This document shows, piece by piece, positions 27,321 to 55,727 of a DNA stretch of 64,000 bases (within the stretch, counting starts at the first letter, position 1; the number at the start of each line of letters is the position of its first letter). A model generated the notes under the pieces. The model searched no databases. It was given only the letters and a program-made list of their open reading frames with translations, and was not told where the DNA came from. The stretch is from the NCBI GenBank assembly GCA_963693365.1, contig CAVNZM010000004.1, positions 12,635,945 to 12,699,944 of the forward strand, written 5' to 3'. Both the position numbers and the translations under genes were made by a program. The DNA comes from Amoebidium appalachense. Taxonomy: Eukaryota; Protista; Ichthyosporea.

Positions 27321-29144
27321 ACCCTCTCCGACTAGGTTGCAGGGATATAACGTGCCACCGTGCACAACCCCCTCGCGTTGGCATGTTATTGATAACAAAT
27401 ACCCTGGCCTTTTTCTGATCAATGCATAAAATATGCACTAGCTTTTTTAGTACTACTATCAACATGATTATCGTTAGACTTGTACTCTGTGTTACACTCC
27501 GGTTGCACGTTACTGATCTGCACCGCACCGCACTACTTTATTACGCATGTGTGTGTGCGCGCGCGTGCGTGTGTGCACGTGCGTGTGTGTGGGTGTGTGC
27601 ACGCGTGTATAATGCATGTTTGTGTGTGTATATGTACAAATGTGTGTTTGTGTGTGTGCGGGCGCGTGTGTGTAACATATGCTGTGGACAGTCATTTGGT
27701 GTATGCAGAATCTAATGTTCAAGCCGACATGCATCCGACAGCACAATGCTTTCTAATGATATGTTTGTGCTGTTTATGTGCCACATGTACACGTGGTTGA
27801 CCATATGAGCAGTAGTACTAGTGTACATGTACAGTCGCGGAGCCGCGGTGGTCGGGCGATGGCTGGGCCACTGGGATGACATTACCAGATCGATCTGGGA
27901 CAAAGTTTTTTAGGTGATCTGAATTTAAAAAAAGACACACACCTCATTGGCCCAACGTTTTGTAAAATATATTATAAGAAAGAGGGGGGTATTGTGCGGT
28001 TTCATGTAAACATCTGTGCACTGCCCCACCACGTGTGTCATACGGTACTGTCGGTGCTGTGACTGAGATCTAGATGTGCACGTCCCCCCTACGTTTGACC
28101 ATAACTTCGCGCAAACACATGGTCTATTTTGTTCATGCACGCACTCCTTGTTGGCATACTACTACAATGTTCAAGACCATACAGTACAGTGCTGTACTGT
28201 ACAATACTGAATGAACAACCCTTCCTCTCCCTCCCTACCCTCCCTCCCCAAGACCTCAGCCGAGGCCTTGCATGCCTCTCCGAGCTCCCTCCCCCCCGCG
28301 CCCCTCCCCCCACAGGACCCAATCGCCTGCGGCTATGCTTACGCTATCCCATTCTAAAAATCAACCAATGAAATAAAGCATTGAATAGTAAAACGGCAGT
28401 TAAATTATCTAAACCCCGACTTGATTTCCCAATGTCATGCGGCACTAATGTCGCTTTTGTGGGGCCATGAAGGCTTCTTTAGCCTCGTGACAATTCGCCC
28501 CCAGTGGCCCCCCAACCGCCAGTTTCAGCGTGATCGAGGCGAGACATGATTCCTCGGAAGCTTCTGGACATTCAGCTGCATATATTTTATGTTCATGTCA
28601 TAAAGTGAAAACTATAAACAGCCTGACTTATTTGCGCAGTTGAATATTTCTGTACATTGCTTCGCCGGCGCCGCTTGTCACCGGGTATGTGTGAAGCTTG
28701 TTTGTGTCGAAGCTACTGTAGATGGCCATCGGGCAGTCAAGGTTTGAGTCGTCATGAACTCAGCATTCGATTGGATGGCAGGCATGCAAATCCCTTGCGG
28801 TTTTGCTTGCGTTGTATCATTGGCTACTCGGTAATATAGTTCTTTGTACTAATTAGTTCCAGCTAAAAACCAATAGAAAGCATATGCTAAAAGCTAGATC
28901 TGCTACTATCAGCATGATAAAGAAGACTAGAGCTCCAAGTATAAATATGAAATGACTCCCTTCTAAGCCTTCAGATTTACAATGCGATGCTGGAGTGACA
29001 GTGTTGGATAGAGGATCGAGGGAAATACACCCGTAGGGCAACTACATGTACCACAGATTGTTACTATATTGTAAACGAAAATAAGCCACATGTAGTATAA
29101 GCCACATGTAGTATAGAGAACTTTCTTTGCGTAGTGTTGTGAGA

Positions 29145-30503
29145 ATGGCTCTTTTTTCTACCAGTGCAAGGATAGCGGTGCGCGGTGCACTTGCTGCAAC
29201 ACAACTGGGTGCTGCGAGTGTTACAGTATCCCGATTTGCATCCACAGTAGCTAGTAGAAGCAGGCCAGTAGACGCAAACAAGGTATCAAAACGTTTTGTC
29301 ACAACCACAAACCCAGCTAAGTCAGCCGCACTAGCGTACGAGGAGGATGACACAGACAGATCATATGATACAGCCGAGCCCACATTCAACAAACAACCGG
29401 GAAGCAAGGTTTGGACCTACCGCCAACCCTTTCTCCTGGAGTTGGGTGGTGTGCTTCCGGAAATGAACGTGTGCTACGAAACATGGGGCAAGCTGAATGC
29501 CGACGGGAACAACACAATTCTCTTGCATACAGGTCTATCGGCCCACACACACGCAGCCAGTAACGAGGCAAACCCCACTCCTGGTTGGTGGGAGAAATTT
29601 ATCGGTCCGGGTTTGGCTTTGGACACGAACAAGTTTTTTATTGTGTGCTGCAACGTATTAGGCTCCTGCTACGGCAGTACCGGCCCATCATCCATCAACC
29701 CATACACGCAAATACCGTATGGCACGGATTTCCCTGCTATTTCTGTGTACGACATGGTCCGTGCGCAGTTTCTTCTTCTGGACAATTTGGGGGTTAATTC
29801 ACTGCACGCGTCAGTTGGTTCCTCACTGGGTGGCATGCAGTCGCTGGCCGCAGGTGCACTATTCAATGACCGGGTACGTCGGGTAGTTTCGATTTCAGCT
29901 GCTGCACGGTCACACCCAAGCAGTATTGCTCTGCGCTATGCGCAGCGCCAAGCGATTGTGACCGACCCACATTGGCAGAATGGTCATTTCTACGGCACGG
30001 GGCGTTTCCCTGAGACAGGCATGAAGACAGCACGTTTGATTGGCACGATTAGCTATCGCAGCGGCCCGGAGTGGGAGCTCCGATTTGGCAACAAGAAAAA
30101 GGCCGGTCAGCGCCCAGCCCACCAACGTCAATTCGGGCCGGAGTTTTTGATCGAGTCGTACCTGGATCACCAGGGTGAGAAGTTTGCTACGCGCTACGAT
30201 CCCAACTCCCTTCTCTACATTTCCAAGGCCATGGATATGTTTGACATGGGCCGTGGTTTTCCCTCCTTGGAGGATGGGCTCGCGCACATCAAGGCCCCCA
30301 CCCTCGTGCTTGGTGTGCAGTCTGATATCCTCTTCCCGGTGTTCCAACAGCGTGAAATTGCACACACCCTGCGCAAGACTGGGAACCAGAGCGTTACGTA
30401 TTATGAGTTGGATGCTATGTATGGTCATGACACATTCCTTCTGGATGTGAAGAACGTGGGATCTGCTTTGAAGGGTCATATGGAGCACGAGGTGTTTGAG
30501 TAG
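29145..30503 (+). CDS. cys2: MetX-fold acyltransferase of the Cys2/CysA (serine O-succinyl/acetyltransferase) subfamily, probably mitochondrial; intronless
   Basis: YETWGKLN, LHTGLSAHTHA (Cys2-type rather than Met2 CHALTG), GSCYGSTGP, nucleophile GSSLGGM, SYLDHQGEKF..RYDPNS, SDILFP and YGHDTFL. The N-terminus is R/S/A-rich and lacks acidic residues. Confidence 0.88.
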   Translation: MALFSTSARIAVRGALAATQLGAASVTVSRFASTVASRSRPVDANKVSKRFVTTTNPAKSAALAYEEDDTDRSYDTAEPTFNKQPGSKVWTYRQPFLLELGGVLPEMNVCYETWGKLNADGNNTILLHTGLSAHTHAASNEANPTPGWWEKFIGPGLALDTNKFFIVCCNVLGSCYGSTGPSSINPYTQIPYGTDFPAISVYDMVRAQFLLLDNLGVNSLHASVGSSLGGMQSLAAGALFNDRVRRVVSISAAARSHPSSIALRYAQRQAIVTDPHWQNGHFYGTGRFPETGMKTARLIGTISYRSGPEWELRFGNKKKAGQRPAHQRQFGPEFLIESYLDHQGEKFATRYDPNSLLYISKAMDMFDMGRGFPSLEDGLAHIKAPTLVLGVQSDILFPVFQQREIAHTLRKTGNQSVTYYELDAMYGHDTFLLDVKNVGSALKGHMEHEVFE

Positions 30504-32345
30504 GTACATGGGCAAGTACTTTTTTTTTTTTTTTTTTTTGTAATGCACGTTAATGAATAGCAGGTAGACATGGCCTGTACGTATGTATGTCAGTTTACTT
30601 CAGGAGAATCATGATGTTGAACAGGCATTTTAGATATTTTAGATTGATGTTCAAGCTGTAAATATGAATCTTAGAATGAGAGAGCCTGCCTTGCAGGGAT
30701 GCACGTGTTATCCGTATGTATGACAGTAAATTGCTCTTCATTGAGTTCATCTCAACAAGGTTGCCGCATCCGTCTGCTGTGATGAAATGGTGTGTGTGTG
30801 GTGTTTGGGTACATGTCTCTAGCGCCTGTTCAAATTTTCATGTGAGAGAATGCATGCCATCGGGTCCATCACGTGCTCAAAGTGTGTGCCTGGTATATGA
30901 ACGTGATTGGGATTCCTGTTTGCAACACATTGAGCACGTATGAGGCGCGTTGTGCATGCTGAGTGTGTTCGTGTATGTGTATGTGTGTGTGTGGAGGGGG
31001 GAGGGGGATTCTTTATGTATGCGTCAGACACCTGAGCATTCTCAACGTCGTAATACGAAAGGGGAGGAGTGTGTACATGTGTGCGTCTATGTATGTGTGG
31101 GATTCTTCGTGTATTGGCCACACCTGAGCATGCACAACGTCATACGAAAGGAGAGGAGCTCATGTCAAAACTTTGATCGTTCTCATGGCGATCACCAAGA
31201 TAGACCTGTGGTCACGCAAGCTCTATGTTGCATTTTCCCTGTAATATCTTCTAGGTCTGTTAACCTGTGATAGGTTGTGTGTGGGTAGTTATCTGGCCTC
31301 TATGGCCAAGGCAATGGCCATGGGTGTGTGATCAACCTCCGAAGAGTGGCCTCAGTGATCACGATGTTCCCAACACAGCGGATCGCGAACTTAAAGTGTG
31401 ATAATTCAGCTATAATGTATAGCTTGTTCCTGTTTTTTTTAACAAAAAAAGAAGACGAAGAAGAAAGGAACGAAAAGAAAACAGAAATAAAGAAAGAAAG
31501 GGGGAATTAGAATAAAGAACAGCTAGAAGTCGATTTGATCACATCATCGGCTAGGGCCATGGAGCAGTCCTGCCCGTGCGCGTGTGCAGCCTTGAATAGA
31601 AGATGGACATCTTCCTGGTAGCTTGTTTCTTTAGCCCTCGCATGTATCAAACAAACCTTACTATTAGGCATATCCTTTCAAAAGCATATTAGCTAGTACG
31701 AGGTTGCATATGTCATAGTGATGTGCTGGACTTCGTGTACGTTGCTGGCACTTTTGAAAGCGCCGTGCACGTGGAACACCGTGTACCATGTTCGGGGAGT
31801 GTTCGGACAGCTTGGCCCGCACCGGTCAACCCGGCTCGTTTACGTAAGGGCTTGTTCGGTCCGTAACCTGATTGGCCGGGAAAGGGCGCCCTTTCAAAAC
31901 GTAACCGTTTGAACCAGCTGGGCACAACGGCCCTGCGTTTTTCTTCGTTTACTCAACCTGAGGTGCTGAGGTTTGCGATTTCGTTGTTAAGTTTAGCTCT
32001 TTCTTGTATAGTTTTTTTATATCATATATGTTGCCCGTGCCTGTCAACCGATTCAACGTCGCGTCTGACATCTCGTTAATGAATCACACCAATCCATTAA
32101 ACCTTACTCCTTTAGCTCCCAAAGCCAAAAATATCCGGAACTTCTTTTCGTTAGAATATTTTTTGCCAGAAGATACATGCCTGCGCACTTGCCTACCACA
32201 TAGTAGAGGTTTTCAACTTAGGTTCATGCTCAAAGGTACCCATGTGTTTTTAGACTAAAGTATAACACTCTCCCGGACGAAGGTAACAGCTCTGCACGGA
32301 TACACCAGCTATTTTTAGTTAGTTGATCATATTTAAACCAGGAAG

Positions 32346-48851
<16,506 letters not shown>

Positions 48852-50636
48852 TGGCTAAATTAGACCTGTTATCATGAGGCTCAGGCAGGTTTCAGGTGGT
48901 GGTTTTTTTTTCTTTTCTTTTTTGATTGGGTAGCAGTGTGGGGTGCACGAAAGTGGATAGCGCGCGCGTGTGTGGACTGTTATATTGCAGGAAGTGGGAG
49001 GTATTGTGCAGGGCTGGCCAGTTGCGTATGCAATATGGTGTGGGACCGGATCTCCTCACCTTTTGGTTGGCAGCATTTGGGTCTTTTTAGCTGCTCGCTT
49101 TTGATGGCAAAGTGCAGGCGTAACACGAATATAATTTAGTCACACACTTAACCTGTGCATACATGCATCAATCCGCCATGGTTATACCAGGGCCTGGAAA
49201 ACTCCCTAGAATCTCTGTATATGTAGATGCGGTCTACTGATGTGGCAAGAATGTGGTGAATGGAGGTGTCACTTCTGTCTGTAGACCTGCTTGTATAGAC
49301 CTTCGGGTCGTATTTGTGTTGGCTACTGCGGAGTGGTGCTGTTTCAGTGGGGTAGTGGCTCCGTGCAATACAAGGTGTTGTCCCCAGCCGGATGACTGGT
49401 AAATGTTCCACGGTTGCTTTTTGCTGCTGTTTGTACACAATGTACATGTACCATCATGGCCTGCTCACAGCATAAAATGCTGTGCACATGTGCAAGTATA
49501 CGTAAAATTTGGACGTGCATGTCCTATGGCACCGTGTGCGCGTACGTGGGTGTGTGTGGCAGCACGGCAGAGACTCAGTGATCATAGCCGTATAAATCTA
49601 GATCTATCGGTGCCCAATTCGAACTGCTGTCCCACGTACACCAGGCAATTGCCAAGTTGCAAAGTACGTACGATGTTTTTCTTTGTGTGTGGGTGTCACG
49701 GGTGGGTGGGTGGAGAGGGGGTGGGGGGAGAAGGGGAGGCACAGCGGTACATGGCTGACAAGGTGCGCCTCAACATACAGTAAGGTGCAAGAACTACAGT
49801 ATATCCATGCCATGGTACTGTTGTATCCTTCGCTGCAGATATCACCTGATAGCCACACTCACACCATAGGCAAGGCAGCAGCATGCAAACACTCATATGC
49901 ACAACCTCTTACTATAGGCACTTGGGTAATTTCGGGTCATACATTTTATGTGCACACAGTCGTTCTTACCAGGTCCGGCCCAGCGTCAGGACGTGCATCC
50001 GTCCACATACTCAGTACGCCAAAAAGAAACATGCTGACAACCTCTCACAGCATGCCAACACAAGGAAAAAGGACGAAAACAAGTCGGTATCATCACAGTG
50101 ACACAGCTACTTCGAACACATTCACCCGAACACCACCTGAAGTGCTGGTAAATCAAAGCACACTCGCCCACAGCATGTTTCCGAATTCATACAGATTTCA
50201 CAACAAAAACGACATTCCATACACAAAATTTAAGGCCACTATGTTTTTCGAACGCGAATCCTTGGTTTTATCCCCACCACATGATGTCGAATTTCGTATA
50301 ACACGGCAACTTTTTTTTCGTGTTTTTCTCTATTTTGGGGTGTGATTGTGGTGGTGGTGGTAGTGGTGGTGGTAGTAAGTTCTTATTTTTCTCAAACAGA
50401 ATCATTTACGTTCCCTACTGATATTAACAATAAAGAAGATATTAACAATAAAGAAAAGTAAAAAAGTACGCCCCAAGAATGTTCGTGTGAATGTACATGT
50501 TTCGTGTTCGCGCGTGTATTTTTCACAAAGCGTGTGTGCATATTACGGAGCCACAAAACAATCAACATACGGAAAAAACTGTGCTGAAAAGCGTGCTCCC
50601 GTGGGTGCAGCAGGCCAACACTCAACCATACACTCC

Positions 50637-51849
50637 TCAGCACATGTCTGTGAAAAGAAGAAAGAGGCTATGTTAGTCAGTGAACCCAAGTGCATCATAA
50701 CGATCGAAAGAATACCATTAGGAACAAAACGGTGCCCAAAAAAACTTCAATCGTGAATCTCCAGCAGCAATGTATTCAAGCAGGCAATAAGTTGTTTCAT
50801 ATCTTCTTAACGTGACCGATTCTATTTATCATACTTAACATCCTACACACCTAAACCTTAGAGCAGGTAGCCGGGGCGGAAGCACGTAAAGGAAAATGAA
50901 CCGATGTGTGTCGTGTATGAATACGTGTGCGCGCGCTTGTGCACACACACATAGGGGTCTCTCTGCCTGTGTGTTAAGAGTATGGGGGCAAACGTACAGT
51001 GCAGGTCGTCACCCTGGTGACTGAAACGGTGGATGTGGTCCTCATTGAACTTTGCAAACGCATTGAACTGCTCCGTCAGCTTCTCAGACAGCAGCCGGTC
51101 ATACAGCGCCCTCATGGATGCATCCTTCTCCTCAAGGGCGTGGCTGACGATAGACCGCACCTGGTCGAGGGTGAACAGAACCTCCCCACCAAGGTCCCGA
51201 GGAGGGGAGGGAAGGCCGTGATACTGTAACGACGGAGAAGACGGGGCTCCCATATAACTGTCGTGGCGAGCACGCTTGGCTGCAAGGAAGCGAAGCAATG
51301 TTAATTTGAAAAAGAATCAAGAAGAGGGCTACAAGCAAAAAAACACTGGCCCACTCGACAACCTTGTGTTCAACAAAGGTGTAGGCTTAACTTTCTTGCC
51401 CAAGTTTCTTGTATAGAGGAGAAAGGAGAGAACAGGCTGCAACCGCTACACCAAGGCTATCCCAGAAGCAGCTAAACCCATAAACACACCAAAAAATGTG
51501 GATTGCCCACAAAATCCTAAAAGAAAAAACAAGCCCTTGTTACAGCCTCCTCTTCAACGTAATTTCAACCAGAAAGAAAGAAGGAAAAAACCAGGGGACA
51601 GTTACCATAAGGAGTGGTGGGGATGTTCTCGTCGTCGTCCACAACACGTTCATTCTGTCCAGAAGATGAAACGTGCTGCTGGTGTGTGTGTGACTGCGGG
51701 TTGGTTCTCATCTGAAGAGGAGGGGATAGACGCACTCTCTTTGAAAAGGAGGATGTGCGGCAGCTTGGAGAGGAACGGTGGGAGGGCGACACTGGACCTT
51801 CCAAAAAGGAGTCCAGGTCACGCTTGGCTGAAAGTGCTGCCACCGACAT
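50637..51849 (-). CDS. AKIRIN: Akirin, three exons
   Basis: Exons 51849-51606, 51279-50998 and 50647-50637. N-terminal KRDLD...SP..KRVR and C-terminal LFTLDQV.SIV...L.EK...R..YD.LL.EKL.EQF.AF.KFN.D.I. The tiny last exon (T|AC ATG TGC TGA) follows a CTAAC branch point, a pyrimidine tract and CAG. Confidence 0.88.
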
Positions 51850-52593
51850 GTTTAAAGTGTGCGAAGTAAATGGAGGCGTTAACTAGATTATTAGAAGACC
51901 TTATAAAAAGAAAATAAGCAGGACAAAGGTGCGATTATCACGTTAAGGGTTATGTGTGCATAAGGGCAACAGGTGAACGAGGTTTCACGGCTTTATAAAT
52001 CTTGGGGAAAGAGAACAAGGTTGCAAAACATAGCTCACGTATAACTTTAAAAGCTACACACTAAAGCCGTGAAAGCCTCCTTAAAGCTCCACCCTTCAGT
52101 TCTCTTCCTTTACATGTAGGTCTTGTAATAATAAGCGAGAACAAAACTTTGAGGTGAAGTGAACGTGTGAACAGTGACGGCGATGCGCCACGATTGATCA
52201 AGGCCTCCTAACTTGATATAGGCCTTGCGATTGATCCAACTACCCCAGTGGGAGATAGTGATTTGCTTCGCTCAACCCGAATCGATGTTGCTCTTTTTTT
52301 CGGGTCGATCTTATGCTCGTGATGTAGTCCACTCACAGTCCAACAGTCCAATATATGTGCGGGATGATACCAACTTAATGGTCAGGAAAGAGTGTAATAG
52401 AAATAAAATCATAAATACAAGAGTCAATGTACATAATTTAAATTATGTACATTTGGTGCAGAGCCGAGAGCTCATACAGCTTGATCGATTCGGGTAGTAT
52501 CTCACGATCTTGACCCGAGCACATGCTTCAAATCCTCCGCCAGGGTTGGCCCGTTCAACTTCCGGGAACGAGCTTGTGAGTCACGGTTGTTGG

Positions 52594-52595
<2 letters not shown>

Positions 52596-52659
<64 letters not shown>
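52596..52659. repeat. (TA)n microsatellite
   Basis: Directly visible. Confidence 0.97.
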
Positions 52660-52662
<3 letters not shown>

Positions 52663-53332
52663 GATTTTCTAGCGATCAGCGAGTAAAAGTGGTCTAATTG
52701 GACGGTGTTCTTGTAACCCCTCCCTTCTCAACCCCCCCCCCCCCCCCCCACGTGCACACACACACACACACGCACTCACCCCTTCCCCTTCCGCCCTTTT
52801 CCCACCCAATTGTACACCCGAGAAAAATTCAAAAATCAAAGCACCTCACTCCCAATGAACACCCAGATGCTTGGGAACCAAGGCCTCAGCGAGTCCCAGC
52901 TGCAGAATGGCTGTACCCCAAAAGAACACGTGAAGGCCCAAGCTTTGCCCTAGGCCTGTCGAAACTTTCAACTATTCCTTCCTATGAGCACCACAAAGTT
53001 TCACTCAATTCATGTGTGCCTTGGCTCATTTTTTTGTGGCTCATTTCTTTGTGTTGTGTAGTGTACGTGGCAACCACGGAATAGAGCCGTGTGTGTAGAC
53101 GGTACCGGTGTGGGCCCCTGGCGGTTGGCTGCAAATAAAGTATATTGATATGCATACTGTTAAAAAAGTGCCAAATTATACTCGTTATAAAAGGTGAACT
53201 TCACAGCTGGTGCTTTCGTACCACAATCAGGCGGTTTACACCACCATTGGCGCCCTTCATAAAATTCTTGGGAGATGGCGAAACACAGCCCCCCCCCGCC
53301 CCCCCCTCCCCCTCCCCTCCCCTCCCCCTCCT

Positions 53333-53365
<33 letters not shown>

Positions 53366-54180
53366 CCCCCAGCGGCAACATCATCACCAACACCCATCCA
53401 ACCAACGTTAACCGTGACCCACACACAGACACACAGTCAAGAATGTGCGAGGTTGCACAGGCCAGCCAAGAGCATGCACGTGATATCATGATCGAGTTGC
53501 CAGTCTGCAACAAGGGCTCGCACCTTCGTGAATAATATGTAACTAGCTTTATTCAAGATTGTGCAAGAATAATTGCCAAGATCTACCTGTGGCCCCTGAT
53601 TAGAAAGAAGGGTTCAGATGGTTTCTTGGCCCTGAGCACACAAGCGCATCGCTAGTCCTAGTATTGGAGTGTCCTGGCCTAGCTATGTGTGAAGTCCACA
53701 TGTACAGTGTTTGTGGGAACACGGTGTGCAAGTAGGCACCCACAGAGCACGTACAGGTTTGGGACTTTTGAACTCGGAAACCCATGCAGAAGATGAAGCG
53801 AAGTGTTTTTCTTTTCAAGGACCGTGACAAAGAAAAAAAATAAATAAATAAAAATGACAGACCGCAGCCACGGGAGTCCAAAAGTCTGATCATCATGTAG
53901 ACTCGAAGCGTATGCGTAGATCTCTGTCTCTACATCCCCTTACAAGCCTGCAAATGAGACGTTTCCTGTCGACAACTCTGTCCTCGGCAGATCATTTGAG
54001 CGCATTGAATAGCTTTTAAAGACTAATCGACTGTTTTAGCCTTATCGATTGGAGCACAGCGGTCCGATCACGGCCGTCTAGCTGTTTCTACAATAGATGG
54101 CCGTGGGTCCGATTCATGTAATCCGATTGCTTCCGCAATTCTGTGCCCTGAAGGACTTAACGGTTTTAATGTCAGTGCGT

Positions 54181-54265
54181 GATTGGCGTATAGGGCTGGT
54201 GATGCGCATGCAATTCTTCCGATGCGTAAGAATTGCATGCGCATCACCAGCCCTATACGCCAATC
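54181..54265. repeat. Perfect 38-bp inverted repeat with a 9-nt loop
   Basis: gattggcgtatagggctggtgatgcgcatgcaattctt-ccgatgcgt-aagaattgcatgcgcatcaccagccctatacgccaatc. Confidence 0.97.
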
Positions 54266-55727
54266 TAACGTATTAGAACCGGAGGTTATTGGCGGTTTTA
54301 TTCTCTGGGGTTTACACACTTTTTATTGCGTGGACACTGCCGGAGGCCCAGCCACATTCGACGGCCTACTGCGTTTTCCAGCACAGCCAATCAAATGCAG
54401 CCAGTGACATATGTACATGCTAGGCAACAATGAGCGCCATCGTAGTATATCGCAAAGAAGGCGTCCTCCTTCTTTCTATATTTGGTAATACAAGTCTATA
54501 CAGAGAGAAATATACCGTTATGGCCCTCTACAAGTAATGGCCACGTGCTAATACACTCTCTCCCTTTGTGATCGATATCTCTTCTGAGCGCGAGCTCAGA
54601 GCCCTGTTCGATCGATTATCGAGCCAAGATGACATCACAATGACGTACATTCCATTGTTCGCAAAACCCAGTCATCTTAGAATTCGAATTTCCCAATAAG
54701 TCTAATTAGATCGTGCCGGAGATGATTTTGAATATTTTCGAATGTAAATATATTTATATATAAGTCGTCCTTATCCTGGTGATATGAGATGCCATGACCT
54801 GAGAGATAATTTAGAATATTGTATTATTCTTATCAGTGCCAAGCTTCGTCATCTTCTTCTTAGAATATTCCTGATTCTTCTTAGTGTAACTTTTAGTGTA
54901 ACCTTCTTGCACGTTGGTGCGAACTCAATTTCTATTGGCTATCGTAATCTATGCCCCGAGTATATAAATCGCCACATGCATTCAGTCATTCAGTCCAGTC
55001 CAGTCAACTTGATCAGTCAGTCCGAGTCACAGCCAGCCAAGTTCCTCTACCCCCATGGCCAAGTACAGCAGCTTCAAGACGTCACTGCAAGGCTTCAAGG
55101 AGAAGTGTCTTCAACATGCAACAGCGAGACTCTGGCTATGACTATAACACTGTGACTGTACACTTCTACATGTTAGACTACAGTACTCTATTCTTTTCTT
55201 TCGTTCTCACAAGTTATAATTCGAATTTACATGCATAGATAAATTGAATATAAATAGATATACTCTCACTTCTAGTCATGAAATACAGCTAAGGAAAAAT
55301 GGGTATACGAGTTCACACTCTTATCCAGCCACGTTGATAGAGTGTATTGCGCACACTCACGCGGCTAGCCTTTCCTAGATAGCTGAATAAACGTTCCAAG
55401 TAAGGCTAATAACTAACTAATAATTGCTCGCTCTTGCTTCTGCTTCTTTGCATATCTGCATGTTTACTAGGTGCCACACATAACACAAACACGTACATTT
55501 TAACCTCTTGATGCGCATGAGAACATACACAGCACACACAAATATGTGGTTATACTATGCCCAGCACTCTTATCACACGCTTCCACAAACACGCTTCCAC
55601 ACACCTCCCATAAACAGTAGCACAAAAGATAACCACGTGCCAGTGTAGCCATGTGCGTGAGCAGTGGGCTCTAGCCATAAGACAGACAAAGGGCCCCGCC
55701 ATTAGGATATGACACCCCTATTACATA

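Noticed and set aside
50858-50997. Non-canonical or U12 splice acceptor giving akirin a YLL end
   Set aside because: A canonical branch point, pyrimidine tract and CAG acceptor at 50648 gives an in-frame YMC-stop exon.
54743-55231. Solo LTR (TGTAAAT...ATTTACA with an internal TATA box)
   Set aside because: No target-site duplication, second LTR, PBS or PPT visible; a 7-bp match is weak in AT-rich DNA.
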